64,000 nt of DNA from Candidatus Altimarinota bacterium (GCA_043787675.1 JAYVUT010000010.1:16733-80732), one strand, 5' to 3'; positions 1-11,890 are shown, counted from the first letter of the stretch. Numbers and translations: made by a program. Notes: generated from the letters alone by a model not told the origin.

Positions 1-933
1 CCACTCAGTGATATCCTCACAGATCTCAGTGATGTAGCACTCACCGTAGATAGCGATACTACCATTGATGCTAATGCGAATGGTATATTTGATGATGATT
101 TCACTACCAAGAGTTCTACAATTGCTATCTCATCTCGAGATATAGTATTTGGTTCATTCATACAACCAGGGAGATATAATATGATGCTCAGGGCAGTTGA
201 CGCACTCGGCAATACGACAACTATGCCACTCATAGTCACTGCCTATACCCCACTTCCACAGATACAGAGTGTGACATCTACAGGGTGGGTACTCGGTACT
301 ATATCAGAGTCACTCAGTGGTATACCGACTCACTTTTTCCGAGTTCGTTCATGAGAACAACCAACTCTCCTCGCATCAGGATCCACTTTGTCGAATGTAG
401 TTGGTAGATTTTCGACTGGTTCATTTTTTGCCTCTCCTGAGACTATCTCTCTTGCTCATGGAGCACAGATAGCCACAGTGACAACAAGATGAGATATCAC
501 TCTCAAATCAGGATATCATATTGAGGTCACACCTGCGAGTTCTACAGATCCTATGAGGATCCTCACAGTTGATCAGACAGGATCTATATCACATATACAT
601 ACGATATCACTCCCTACAGATACTCGGTTTGTCGATACCTCACGAACTTCCATATCTGCTACATGAGTATGGCTCACTCCTACAGCTGGTAGTACTCGGA
701 TTGTATGAGCAAGTCAGACAGATCTATCTATCCCAGGAGGACAGTATATCACTGATATGCTATATCGGCCAATAGCTGGTATAGCTCGCGATGGCAATAT
801 CTATACACTTGAACCCACCGTCACCCTCAGATACCGTAGCCGAGATGGATATATGAGTATCGAGCTTATCAAACAGGGTATAGTGGTAGCTATCGTGGAA
901 TATCGTATTGATTTTTTCTATACGATGCGATAG
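1..933 (+). CDS. C-terminal 310 aa of a large secreted or surface protein of unknown function; the 5' end lies outside the window
   Basis: Frame 1 is open from nt 1 to TAG 931-933 when the 4 in-frame TGA (352, 490, 664, 706) are read as Gly. The sequence is Thr/Ser/Ile-rich and beta-like, with no catalytic motif recognised. Confidence 0.5.
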
Positions 934-1019
934 TGCTTTCATTTGCTTTTTCCCTATTTTGGCTATACTGTGCATAAAATAGCAAAAAAGAAAATATAAT
1001 CTCATAACTTATCGCTCCT

Positions 1020-2498
1020 ATGCTTGCTCGCGTCACCATCATCGGTCGTCCCAATGTCGGGAAATCATCGATATTTAACTCGCTCTCGGGGCATCGTATT
1101 GCGATCATATCCGATATCGAGAATACGACTCGTGATATCATCGAGTACCATATCGATGATCCAGAGAATGATATCTCCTATATGATGGCAGATAGTGGTG
1201 GTATCGTGAGTGCTGACAATGAGACACTCCTCTCAGATGTCCGAGGTCGAGCCAATGATGCTATCCTCGCCTCTGACCTCATCCTATTCGTCGTTGAGTA
1301 TGATCGTATGACTGAGTTCGATGAGTATATCGTCAAGCTCCTTCGTAGATCGAAGAAGCCAGTACTGGTTGTTGCCAATAAGGCGGATAATCCGAAGAGA
1401 GCACTCGAAGCATATCAACATATGAGTCTCTGACTCGGGGATGTCGTTCCTGTGAGTGCTGTACAGACTCGTGGATTCGGTGAACTCAGAGTCAAAGTAG
1501 CCGAAATACTCAAAGAACTCGGATTCGGATATGTACCAAATGAGCTCCATGAGGGGCTGCTCAGACTCGCTATCATCGGTCGTCCCAATGTCGGTAAGTC
1601 ATCACTCGTCAATGCTATTGCCTGAGAAACTCGCTCTATAGTATATGATATGCCAGGAACTACTCGTGATGCGATCGATACAGTGATCCAATTCAACTGA
1701 GAAGACATCGTCCTCATCGATACTGCTGGTATCAGACGGGCCGGCAAGATCGGATCGGCCAACATCGAGCAGTGGAGTGTGATGCGAGCAGAGAAGTCTG
1801 TCGAGCGTTCTGATGTTGTTGCGGTCGTGATCGATGCATTCGAGGGGGTAGCTCATCAGGATGAGCATATCGTCGGTGAAGCGATGAAGGAGAAAAAATG
1901 AATCATCCTCGTCATCAATAAATGGGACAAGGTAATGAACAAACCATGAGTCAACAAAGATACTATCCTTGAGCGGTATATGCATTATCTTTCGAAAAAG
2001 TTTGATTTTCTCTCGTATGCTCCGGTCGTATTCACGACAGCGATCGAGAACAAGCGGATTGATCTCGTTCTCGAGCATGCTATAGCTATCCGTATCGAAC
2101 GCAACAAGCGAGTCAAGACGGGTGTATTCAACAAATTCCTCGAACAGATCACCTATGATCATGCCCCAACAGGGAATCGCAAGTCCCACAAGCCTCGAAT
2201 ATATTACGGATCACAGGTAGATGTGAATCCGCCAAAATTCATGATATCAGTCAACAATGCTGACCATTTTCACTTCTCGTATGTTCGCTATATCGAGAAC
2301 AAGATCCGTGAAATATTTGGATTCGAGGGAACTCCGATAGAGCTCGAACTCAGATCTCGCAAGAGTATGTTCAAACCCAAGGAACAAGGTGGATCTCGTG
2401 AGGATCATTTCTGAGAGGAGATCGTCGAACTCGAGCAAAAACTGGCAGATAAAAAGATCGATACATTTGGTAAAAAGAAACCAAGAAAAAAAAGATAG
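1020..2498 (+). CDS. der: Ribosome-associated GTPase Der/EngA
   Basis: It has two tandem G domains, each with GRPNVGKSS and DTAG-type motifs, plus a KH-like C-terminus. Track fragments 1020..1433 and 1980..2414 are in the same frame and join across 6 TGA. It ends at TAG 2496-2498. Confidence 0.9.
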
Positions 2499-2499
2499 T

Positions 2500-3504
2500 A
2501 TGAAAATATCAAAAATCTTCGCATATTTATTTGCATCTATTGCCCTTATATTCGAGGGTTTTTTTGGTGTTATTCCATTTGTATCGTTTATCCTACAAGT
2601 CATACTCATTGCATTTGCTCTCTTCTTGCTCATGTGGATGGTTCTGCGTAGCAAGGTAGGATATTGGCAACAAGTCATACCACGCTATTTTCTGACAGTG
2701 GTATCTACGATGGGATTTTTTATCTCTATCATGCTCGTATTTGTCTGATATCAGCATATGATGCCATGAGTAGTGTCTGATGTTACTCTCATGGGTTCTG
2801 GACAACATATTGTATTTATCCAGATGTCACACATAGCGACACCAGAGTTTTTTGCAACTAAAAAAGAAACTATCCAATGACTCTCTGCAAGTGGATATAC
2901 TATCCTCGTTGAGTGAGTCAAGCCTTGAACTCCAGAAAATCAAGTTCGTTTCAACCAATCGATAGGATTTGATTTTACACCGACACTCTATACTACTATC
3001 GCAGATTTGATATGACTTCAGAGTCAGGATAACCAGTTCCTTTTTGCTGGTATATGATCTGGATCCCTCGTATCTGTAGATCTATCTATCGATGATATCG
3101 TGAGAATCATGGGTAGCGGATCTCAGGTGAATATATCATCTGGATCAGTCACATCAACAGTTATCGATATTGAGTCACAGATCTCATCCGCCCTCATCGC
3201 CCTCTCTCCTCGTGAACGCATCTGGATGAGCTGGGTGGGGCGTGGACTCCTCAACTGGTCACTCAGACGATCTGATGATCTCTCAGAGATGATCACTACT
3301 GGATCACAGGCACAGCTCTTCTCGACGATCATCGATCGACGCAATAATGCCATAGTCAGATATATCCAGGATCATCCAAATCAAAATATAGCTATTGTCT
3401 ACTGAGCTCTCCACTTCAACGGAGTATATGAGGCTCTCCAGAGGCTCTCGCCAACATGGCAGATATCTCATATAGACAATAGCGAACCATATACTATCAG
3501 ATAA
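2500..3504 (+). CDS. Membrane-anchored TraB/GumN-like protein
   Basis: The N-terminus has 3 hydrophobic helices. The soluble domain carries IVFIQMSHIATPEFF and IAIVYGALHFNGV motifs resembling the TraB/GumN family. Frame 1 is open across 9 TGA to TAA 3502-3504. Confidence 0.5.
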
Positions 3505-3507
3505 TCT

Positions 3508-3849
3508 ATGATTGCCAAAATCCATATCAATCTCTCATCTATAGTAGATAAGCAATCATTATTTGATATATTTGCATCGACTTTTTCTTTTCCTGCATAT
3601 TTCGGGAATAACTGGGATGCATTATCTGATATGATGAGTTCACTTGACCCAGCTGCAAAAATATTTCAAGATCTCAAAAATCCACTCACAGGAGTACATT
3701 TGATACTTGAGAGTTTTGATACAATCGATGAGGCTCTATCTGAGGTTGATATTACTACCTTTAGATCTCTTCTTGTTGATCTTTCGGCTGGGCGAGATTT
3801 TCGCTCGGATCATCTTTCTTTTACTTTTGAGGTCAGATATTCACACTAG
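3508..3849 (+). CDS. Barstar-like ribonuclease-inhibitor (immunity) protein
   Basis: This is an intact 113-aa ORF in the track. Its FPAYFGNNWDALSDMM matches the barstar-family core (FPxYFGxNxDALxDxL). It starts 4 nt after the upstream stop. Confidence 0.6.
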   Translation: MIAKIHINLSSIVDKQSLFDIFASTFSFPAYFGNNWDALSDMMSSLDPAAKIFQDLKNPLTGVHLILESFDTIDEALSEVDITTFRSLLVDLSAGRDFRSDHLSFTFEVRYSH

Positions 3850-3927
3850 TTGATCACACTTTCCTTTGCTTTTTCGAGGAGTTTTTATATACTGTTTCGG
3901 CTTATTTCGTATATTTTCATCACTCTC

Positions 3928-5877
<1,950 letters not shown>

Positions 5878-5880
5878 TAC

Positions 5881-5912
5881 AAAATCCCCCTCAGAAATGA
5901 GGGGGATTTTTT
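5881..5912 (+). terminator. Rho-independent terminator of ftsH (repeat copy 1)
   Basis: The stem is AAAATCCCCCTCA / TGAGGGGGATTTT around a GAAA loop, followed by a T run. Confidence 0.7.
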
Positions 5913-5915
5913 GTG

Positions 5916-5943
5916 TTGGCAAAGTGCGAGAAAATCATAGAAT
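5916..5943 (+). promoter_or_regulatory. Putative sigma-70-type promoter (repeat copy 1) driving the zeta-toxin gene
   Basis: TTGGCA, a 16-nt spacer, then TAGAAT, immediately after the terminator. The same arrangement recurs at 6874-6901. Confidence 0.4.
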
Positions 5944-6741
5944 ATGAATATGTCAGATCAAAAATTTCCATATACAGATGATTGAATAAAGCTCATGGCT
6001 GAATATCTTCAGGTGAGAATTACTACAGGTAATCCAGAAAAATATCAATATAATGATACTTTTATTCCTGTTATTTTCCTTGCCTGAGCTCCATGAGCTG
6101 GCAAAACTGAGTGGATAGAGTCCTTCCCTGATATTGAGCACTATGTCATACTCGATACAGATCTCTATCGCTCATTTTTTGAGGGATATACAGGATCCAA
6201 TGCTTCAGATTTCCATCAGTATGCGAGTCGTGTGATGGATCGGATGTATAGTTTTTGTATCAAAAATAGATACAACATGATCGTGGATGGGACATTTTCA
6301 AACGTAAAAAAGACTGAAGAAAATATTGCTCAGTGTAGAAAAAAATGACTCGCATTTTCGATAATTCTTGTTATGCAAGATCCTATTATTTCATATCTAT
6401 ATACGAAGAAGAGAGAACAAGAAAAATTAAGAAATGTTCCTATGGAGGCTTTTATAGAAAAATTTTATAAATCGATTCAAGTAGTTAAAGAGATACTTAT
6501 AAAATATCCACAAGGACTTGTATTTATAACAAAAAAACTTAAATCAAATCCTAAGTTTTCTGATGTTCAAGTTAAAAACTCAGAACAATTTGACAAATTG
6601 ACAAAATATGAATATAATTCAAAAGAACTGAAACAAATTATTGAACAACTCAATCATGAATGTCAGAAGAATCCTTGATTTTTAACTAAGATATTATGAC
6701 TCCTACTCAAAAACAACTTGCCCACATGAAAAAATCTGTAA
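5944..6741 (+). CDS. Zeta-toxin-family P-loop kinase
   Basis: The Walker A motif LAGAPGAGKTE has both loop glycines encoded by TGA (6085-6087, 6094-6096). The VDGTF-type motif and the size fit the zeta toxin/AAA_33 fold. Frame 1 is open to TAA 6739-6741. Confidence 0.7.
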
Positions 6742-6836
6742 AAACTGCTACTCGTGGCTCGTATGAGAAGCAGATGGCAGTCCTAGAGAAATATCCAGAA
6801 GAGCTCGCACTCGCTCGAAAACTCGCAAAGTTCTAA
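6696..6836 (+). CDS. Small 46-aa ORF overlapping the zeta-toxin 3' end; possible cognate partner
   Basis: The ORF runs from ATG 6696 to TAA 6834-6836 and encodes MTPTQKQLAHMKKSVKTATRGSYEKQMAVLEKYPEELALARKLAKF, predicted helical and basic. No homology was recognised. Confidence 0.25.
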   Translation: MTPTQKQLAHMKKSVKTATRGSYEKQMAVLEKYPEELALARKLAKF

Positions 6837-6870
6837 AATATCCCCCTCAGAAATGAGGGGTATTTTTTTT
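6835..6870 (+). terminator. Rho-independent terminator (repeat copy 2)
   Basis: The hairpin TCCCCCTCA GAAA TGAGGGG plus a T run is near-identical to the one at 5881-5912. Confidence 0.65.
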
Positions 6871-6873
6871 GTG

Positions 6874-6901
6874 TTGGCAAAGTACGGGAAATATATAGAA
6901 T
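6874..6901 (+). promoter_or_regulatory. Putative promoter (repeat copy 2) driving the restriction-modification gene
   Basis: TTGGCA, a 16-nt spacer, then TAGAAT, matching copy 1. Confidence 0.4.
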
Positions 6902-6926
6902 AAATACAAATAAATCCATATATCGT

Positions 6927-9900
6927 ATGTCTCATCTCTTCTCCAAAGCAGTTATCAACGATGCGACTCGCAATATCACTATCTCAGATCTCGAGCTCAA
7001 GATCGCTATACTCCAATGATGGCTCGATATGTATGATGCTGGATCGCTCCAGAAAAAGTCTGAGAAAGAATTTGAGGGAGTGTACAATGAGTCCTTATTT
7101 GGTACTATACTCGGATATACGAGTATAGTGAGTGGAGAGTATACGAGAGAAAAAGAACCACGCAATGAGTCCAATGGACAAAAACCAGATATTGGACTCG
7201 GATTCTATAGTCCTACGCTTGCTACGACTCAGGCAGTTGTAGAGTTAAAAGATGCTGCCACTTCACTTGATCGACCTCAACAACGAGCCGGCAATATGAC
7301 TCCTATACAACAAGCATTCAAATACAAACCCCTCTATAACTCCAAATGGGTGATTGTATCGAATTTTTTTGAGATCAGACTCTATACCGATACCTACAAG
7401 GACTATGAGTCCTTCACACTCCGAGAACTCGTCAATCCTGCAGATGACTATGTCTTATTTCGCCAGTTCTATGCCATATTCCATGCGAGTAGACTCACGA
7501 GTAGAAGTGGTGAGAGTGAGACTGAGTGACTCCTCGCTCGGGTGCGTATCGAAGAAGAGAAAATATCAAAAGAATTCTATAAGCAATACAAATCTCTGCG
7601 ACTCGAGCTCATGCGAGATATCTGGAAAAATAACCCCGAGAGTCAGAATGCATATGTCATAGAGAAATCTCAACGTATCATCGATCGTATCGTGTTCATC
7701 TGTTTCTGTGAGGATCGTGGACTCATTCCTCAGAATGAGCTCAGTTATCGAGTAGAGCAAGCCAAAAAATTTGGATTTGCTCCATGGGAGATGCTCAAAA
7801 AGTTTTTTATCTCGATAGACTCTGGAGATGTCAGTCTCGGTATCCCTGACGGGTATAATGGTGGATTGTTCCGTCCTGATGCGAGTATCGATGTACTACA
7901 TATCAGTGATAGTATCATAGAGCAGTTCGTTGCTCTCGGTCGCTATGACTTCTCTGAGGACGGTGGACAGCTCTCGGTAGAGATACTGGGTCATATATTC
8001 GAACAGTCGATCAGCGATATCGAGGAGATCAGATCCAAGATAGAGACGAGTGGAAAGGTCGATGAGGAGATCATCACAGACAAAAAAGTCTCAAAACGCA
8101 AAAAAGATGGTATATTCTATACGCCTGCCTATATCGTGAACTATATCGTCGACAATAGTCTCGGCAAGTATCTCGCAGGACATGAAGAGGCTCTCCAAGA
8201 CAAGTATGCACTCAAGTCAGATATCAACGAGAAAAACTATCGTAAACGAGAGATCGAGGCATATACGGAGTATCAGAAAATACTCCAGCAGGTAAAAGTC
8301 CTCGATCCAGCTTGTGGTTCAGGAGCGTTCCTCGTACGCGTATTCGACTGGCTCCTCGCAGAGAATCAGCGAGTAGCAAATATCCTCTACACTCAGTGAG
8401 ATCAGATACGGATCTGAGATAGTGAAGACTATTTCCGTGAGATCCTCCGTAACAATATATATGGAGTCGATCTCAACGAGGAATCTGTCGAGATCACCAA
8501 GCTCTCACTCTGGCTCAAGAGTGCTGTGAAAGGCAAAAAACTCGTCACGCTCGATAACAATATCAAGTGTGGAAACTCACTCATCGATGATCCTGCGGTT
8601 GCGGGCGATAAGGCATTCGACTGGAATATAGAGTTCGCAGATATCATGGGGAGTGGATGATTCGATGTGATAGTAGGAAATCCACCGTATGTACAATCTA
8701 GGAATATTAAATTATCAGTTGAGAGAAATTTTTTATGGAAAAAATATCGTACTGATACAAATCATTCTGATTTATATAGTTTTTTTATTGAACTTTCTCT
8801 AACTATTCTTAATACAAAATGAATTTTAAGTTTTATTATTCCAACTACTATCCTTGCAATTCCAAGTTTCAAATCTATCAGAGAATATATAGTATTAAAT
8901 TCTCATATACAAAGTATTGTAACTTTTAATAATATTAAAGTATTTGATGACGCTACAATCAATCCAATAATTATAAGTATTTGTAAAAATAAGATTCAAA
9001 AAGCCACTGACATCTATAGCTATAACCATGATATATTTTTCTTTAATAGAATTATACCAATAAATACCCTTTCATGAGATTATGCTATTGATTTAGATCA
9101 TAGCGAGAAGAAATCTATTATTATTGATAAAGTAAATACGCATGAATTACTAGATAGCATGTATAATCTTATTGGATGAATTAGAACAGGTGACGATGCT
9201 CGCTTTATTGGTGTTAATATAGATTCTTCAGATTCTAAAAAACTCATCAGATGAAGAGACTTCAGTAGATATCATTCAAGTTGGAATGGTGAATATATAT
9301 GGTATCGTCCAGATCTGATGAAAGAAAAACAGGCAGCTGCCCCAAAAGAATCAAAACTCTTTGAAGTTAATAAAAAAATTCTCATAAGAATGATAAGTGG
9401 TGAGAATTTTTCTGCTACACTCGATACACAAAAAATGTATTTATTACAGGATAATGTAATTTTGGAGAAAACACCAGATATGACACTCGAATACTTACTT
9501 GTACTCATCAATTCGAGAATAATTCAATTTCTTTTAACTACCTCAAATATTGCAGTGACACAATCTATGTTGTGAAAACTCAGGATTCCAAAAATCTCTC
9601 TTATAGAACAAAAACCGTTTATCGAACGAGCAGATAGGATGCTCGCACTGTATAGTGAGTTGCATGATAAGAGTAATAGTTTTCTCAAAAACATCTCTAC
9701 AAAATACCATATCGAGAAAGTCACACGCAAGCTCGAAAAGTGGTGGGAGCTTGATTTTGCTGATTTCATAAAAGAACTCAAAGCAAAAATATCACTCGAA
9801 GAACAAGAAGAGCTGATGTTATATTTTGACAAACGCAAGACAGAACTCCGTGATATCGTTGCTCGTATCGATGCAACAGATAAGGAGATTGATGAGATGG

Positions 9901-9965
9901 TATTCGAGTTGTATGGACTCTCGGAAGAGGATAAGAGAGTTGTTCTGGAATATAACAGCAAGTAA
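6927..9965 (+). CDS. Type IIG restriction-modification enzyme: fused PD-ExK endonuclease, N6-adenine methyltransferase and target-recognition domain
   Basis: The N-terminus has PDIGLGF..VELKD (a PD-(D/E)xK nuclease motif). The SAM motif is VLDPACGSGAFL and catalytic NPPY lies at 8679-8690. The C-terminus is an AT-rich TaqI-like specificity region with a coiled-coil tail. Five track fragments share a frame and are continuous across 9 TGA. Total length is 1012 aa. Confidence 0.85.
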
Positions 9966-10039
9966 AACAAAAACAAGCTTGCAATTGCGTATTGTTTTTA
10001 TATACTGTGTTTAGCAGTATATTTTTAACATATATAAGT

Positions 10040-10486
10040 ATGCAATCACCACATACCCAAGATCTTATAGCTCAAAGAGATCAAGTAAAAAACGAGATAA
10101 AAAATCTCGAATCTAAACTTGCAGAGTCACGCATGAAACTTGGTATATTTGAGTCGGCTATAGTCCGCTCTGAGGATATAGATAAAACACAACCAAATAA
10201 AACAGTAATAGTAAAACATAATATTCTTACTTCTATTCCAGATAATAATAAATCCTCCATAGAGGAAAGAGTTATATCCTTTCTTCAGGGCAAAACAACT
10301 CATTCTGCAAGAGCATCAGATATTACAGATGCTCTTGGTGAAGGTAATAGAGATATCAATATGAAGATATATACCTCGATCAATCGTTTAATAAAACAAG
10401 GAAAAATACAAATCGAAAAAGAATACGACTCTATGGGTTCCGAAAGACAACGAAATCGACTCTATCAATTAACCTCTTTTGTGTAA
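10040..10486 (+). CDS. Coiled-coil plus winged-helix DNA-binding protein; candidate antitoxin or regulator
   Basis: This lies within the intact track ORF 9992..10486. The N-terminus has a heptad-like helix (QVKNEIKNLESKLAESRMKL). The C-terminus looks like wHTH (ISFLQGKTTHSARASDITDAL..IYTSINRLIKQGKI). Its stop lies 3 nt before the MazF-like start. Confidence 0.5.
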   Translation: MQSPHTQDLIAQRDQVKNEIKNLESKLAESRMKLGIFESAIVRSEDIDKTQPNKTVIVKHNILTSIPDNNKSSIEERVISFLQGKTTHSARASDITDALGEGNRDINMKIYTSINRLIKQGKIQIEKEYDSMGSERQRNRLYQLTSFV

Positions 10487-10489
10487 AAT

Positions 10490-11056
10490 ATGCCGAATAT
10501 TAATATCGATCTTCGAATCGTTGTAGAAGATATCATGAAAAAAACAACGCTTTATATAAAAAATTTTACTATGTTTGTACGAGATGAGTTCATAGTGCAA
10601 ACTGAAGAAAAGAAACATAATTTACAAAATCATCTTTATTGGCTCAAGGAAAAAATTAGGCTCAATCAACTTCCAGAAGTTATAAAAGCAAGTACAAAAT
10701 GGAGTATCTATTATGTGAATTACGGTATCAATGTCTGAAATGAAATTAATGGTAAAAGGCCATCTATTATTTATAAGAATTCTGCTTGGACTTTTGGTGA
10801 AGATATCATCGTGATACCACTTACTTCAGAGAAAGTAGATAAATCCATTGATCATTTTGATGTTCGTTTACTTCCTGATATGTCAAATTGACTGAAAAAT
10901 CCTTCCTATATTAAGCTCAGACAAATACGCTCAATATCCAAGAAGCGAATAGAATGAGGTATCTGAAAAATTACTGATAAAAATATACAAGATCAGATAG
11001 AAGCTAGTCTTGTAGAGATGTTTGGAATAAACATAAAAAAATCTCCTAACGAGTAG
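10490..11056 (+). CDS. PemK/MazF-family endoribonuclease toxin with a roughly 65-aa N-terminal extension
   Basis: The core IYYVNYGINVGNEINGKRPSIIY..IVIPLTSEK..SYIKLRQIRSISKKRI matches the MazF/PemK signature. The ORF is open across 4 TGA to TAG 11054-11056. Confidence 0.7.
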
Positions 11057-11167
11057 GAGATCAAGGCGCAATCAATATTTCTATTGAGAGGCTACATCTA
11101 AGTAAAACAAGTATATCACTTTTTACACTTAAGTCAAAAATATTCTCTTTACAACTATCATTTTTCT

Positions 11168-11416
11168 ATGCCAAACATCAAAAAAACCAGCAAGTCAATC
11201 GCAAAAATAGCTTCAAAAGAGCTAAAATCTAATAAAAAGGATAAATCTGTCGATGCGAGTGTGCTCGTACAAGTCCAACCAAAAAAGGAGACATCGAAAA
11301 AAGTTGCCACAAAAGCAAGCAAGGAACTCAAGAACAAAACAACTCCTCCAAAAGAGAAGAAAGTAGCTGGCTCTGTACTATCTCAAACACCGAAAAATAA
11401 AAACACAAATAAGTAG
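11168..11416 (+). CDS. Small lysine-rich protein (82 aa) with an internal repeat
   Basis: This is an intact track ORF. It contains two copies of a SKELK..K..SVL.Q unit. It is very basic and low complexity. Confidence 0.4.
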   Translation: MPNIKKTSKSIAKIASKELKSNKKDKSVDASVLVQVQPKKETSKKVATKASKELKNKTTPPKEKKVAGSVLSQTPKNKNTNK

Positions 11417-11518
11417 TATATTGTATACAAAATATACATAATAGTATTCAATACTCAAGTGATTTTATTTGATGAGTTCCCGATTTGGGATATACTATCA
11501 AAGTTATAATCACTCCCT

Positions 11519-11737
11519 ATGCCTCAATCTATATTCGAATCCATCCGTCATATAAACGAACATCACCAAGACTATTGGTCTGCTCGTGAGCTCCAATGAG
11601 TTCTCGGTTATGAGAAATGGGAGAGATTTCAGTGAGTGATCGAACGAGCTATGGAATCTGCCAAAAACAGTAAACAGAAGCTACAAGACCATTTCGCCGA
11701 TACCGGGAAAATGGTCCAACTTGGTTCTGGACTATAG
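11519..11737 (+). pseudogene. dinD: Truncated DNA-damage-inducible protein D (first roughly 72 of about 270 aa)
   Basis: MPQSIFESIRHINEHHQDYWSARELQGVLGYEKWERFQGVIERAMESAKNSKQKLQDHFADTGKMVQLGSG aligns with the DinD N-terminus (WSARQLGKLLGYSEY..DHF..MVKIGS). It then stops at TAG 11735-11737, and no remainder follows downstream. Confidence 0.7.
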
Positions 11738-11781
11738 ATTATAGTATTTTCTCGGGTGATAGCTTTATATCATTTTATACA

Positions 11782-11890
11782 TTACATGTAAATAAAATAC
11801 ATAAAAAGTTTACATGTAATGAGAACATGTAAAGAGTTGTATATATGTTTTGATAACATGTAAATAAAACATATGAAAAGTTTACATGTT
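11782..11890. repeat. Two roughly 37-bp imperfect palindromes plus an extra half-site, built on ACATGTAAA
   Basis: The units are TTACATGTAAATAAAATACATAAAAAGTTTACATGTAA (11782-11819) and AACATGTAAATAAAACATATGAAAAGTTTACATGTT (11855-11890). A lone AACATGTAAA sits at 11824-11833. Confidence 0.6.

Noticed and set aside
11782-11890. A CRISPR array or spacer-repeat structure.
   Set aside because: There are only two units plus a half-site, the units are internally palindromic with AT-rich loops, the spacing is irregular, and there are no cas genes.
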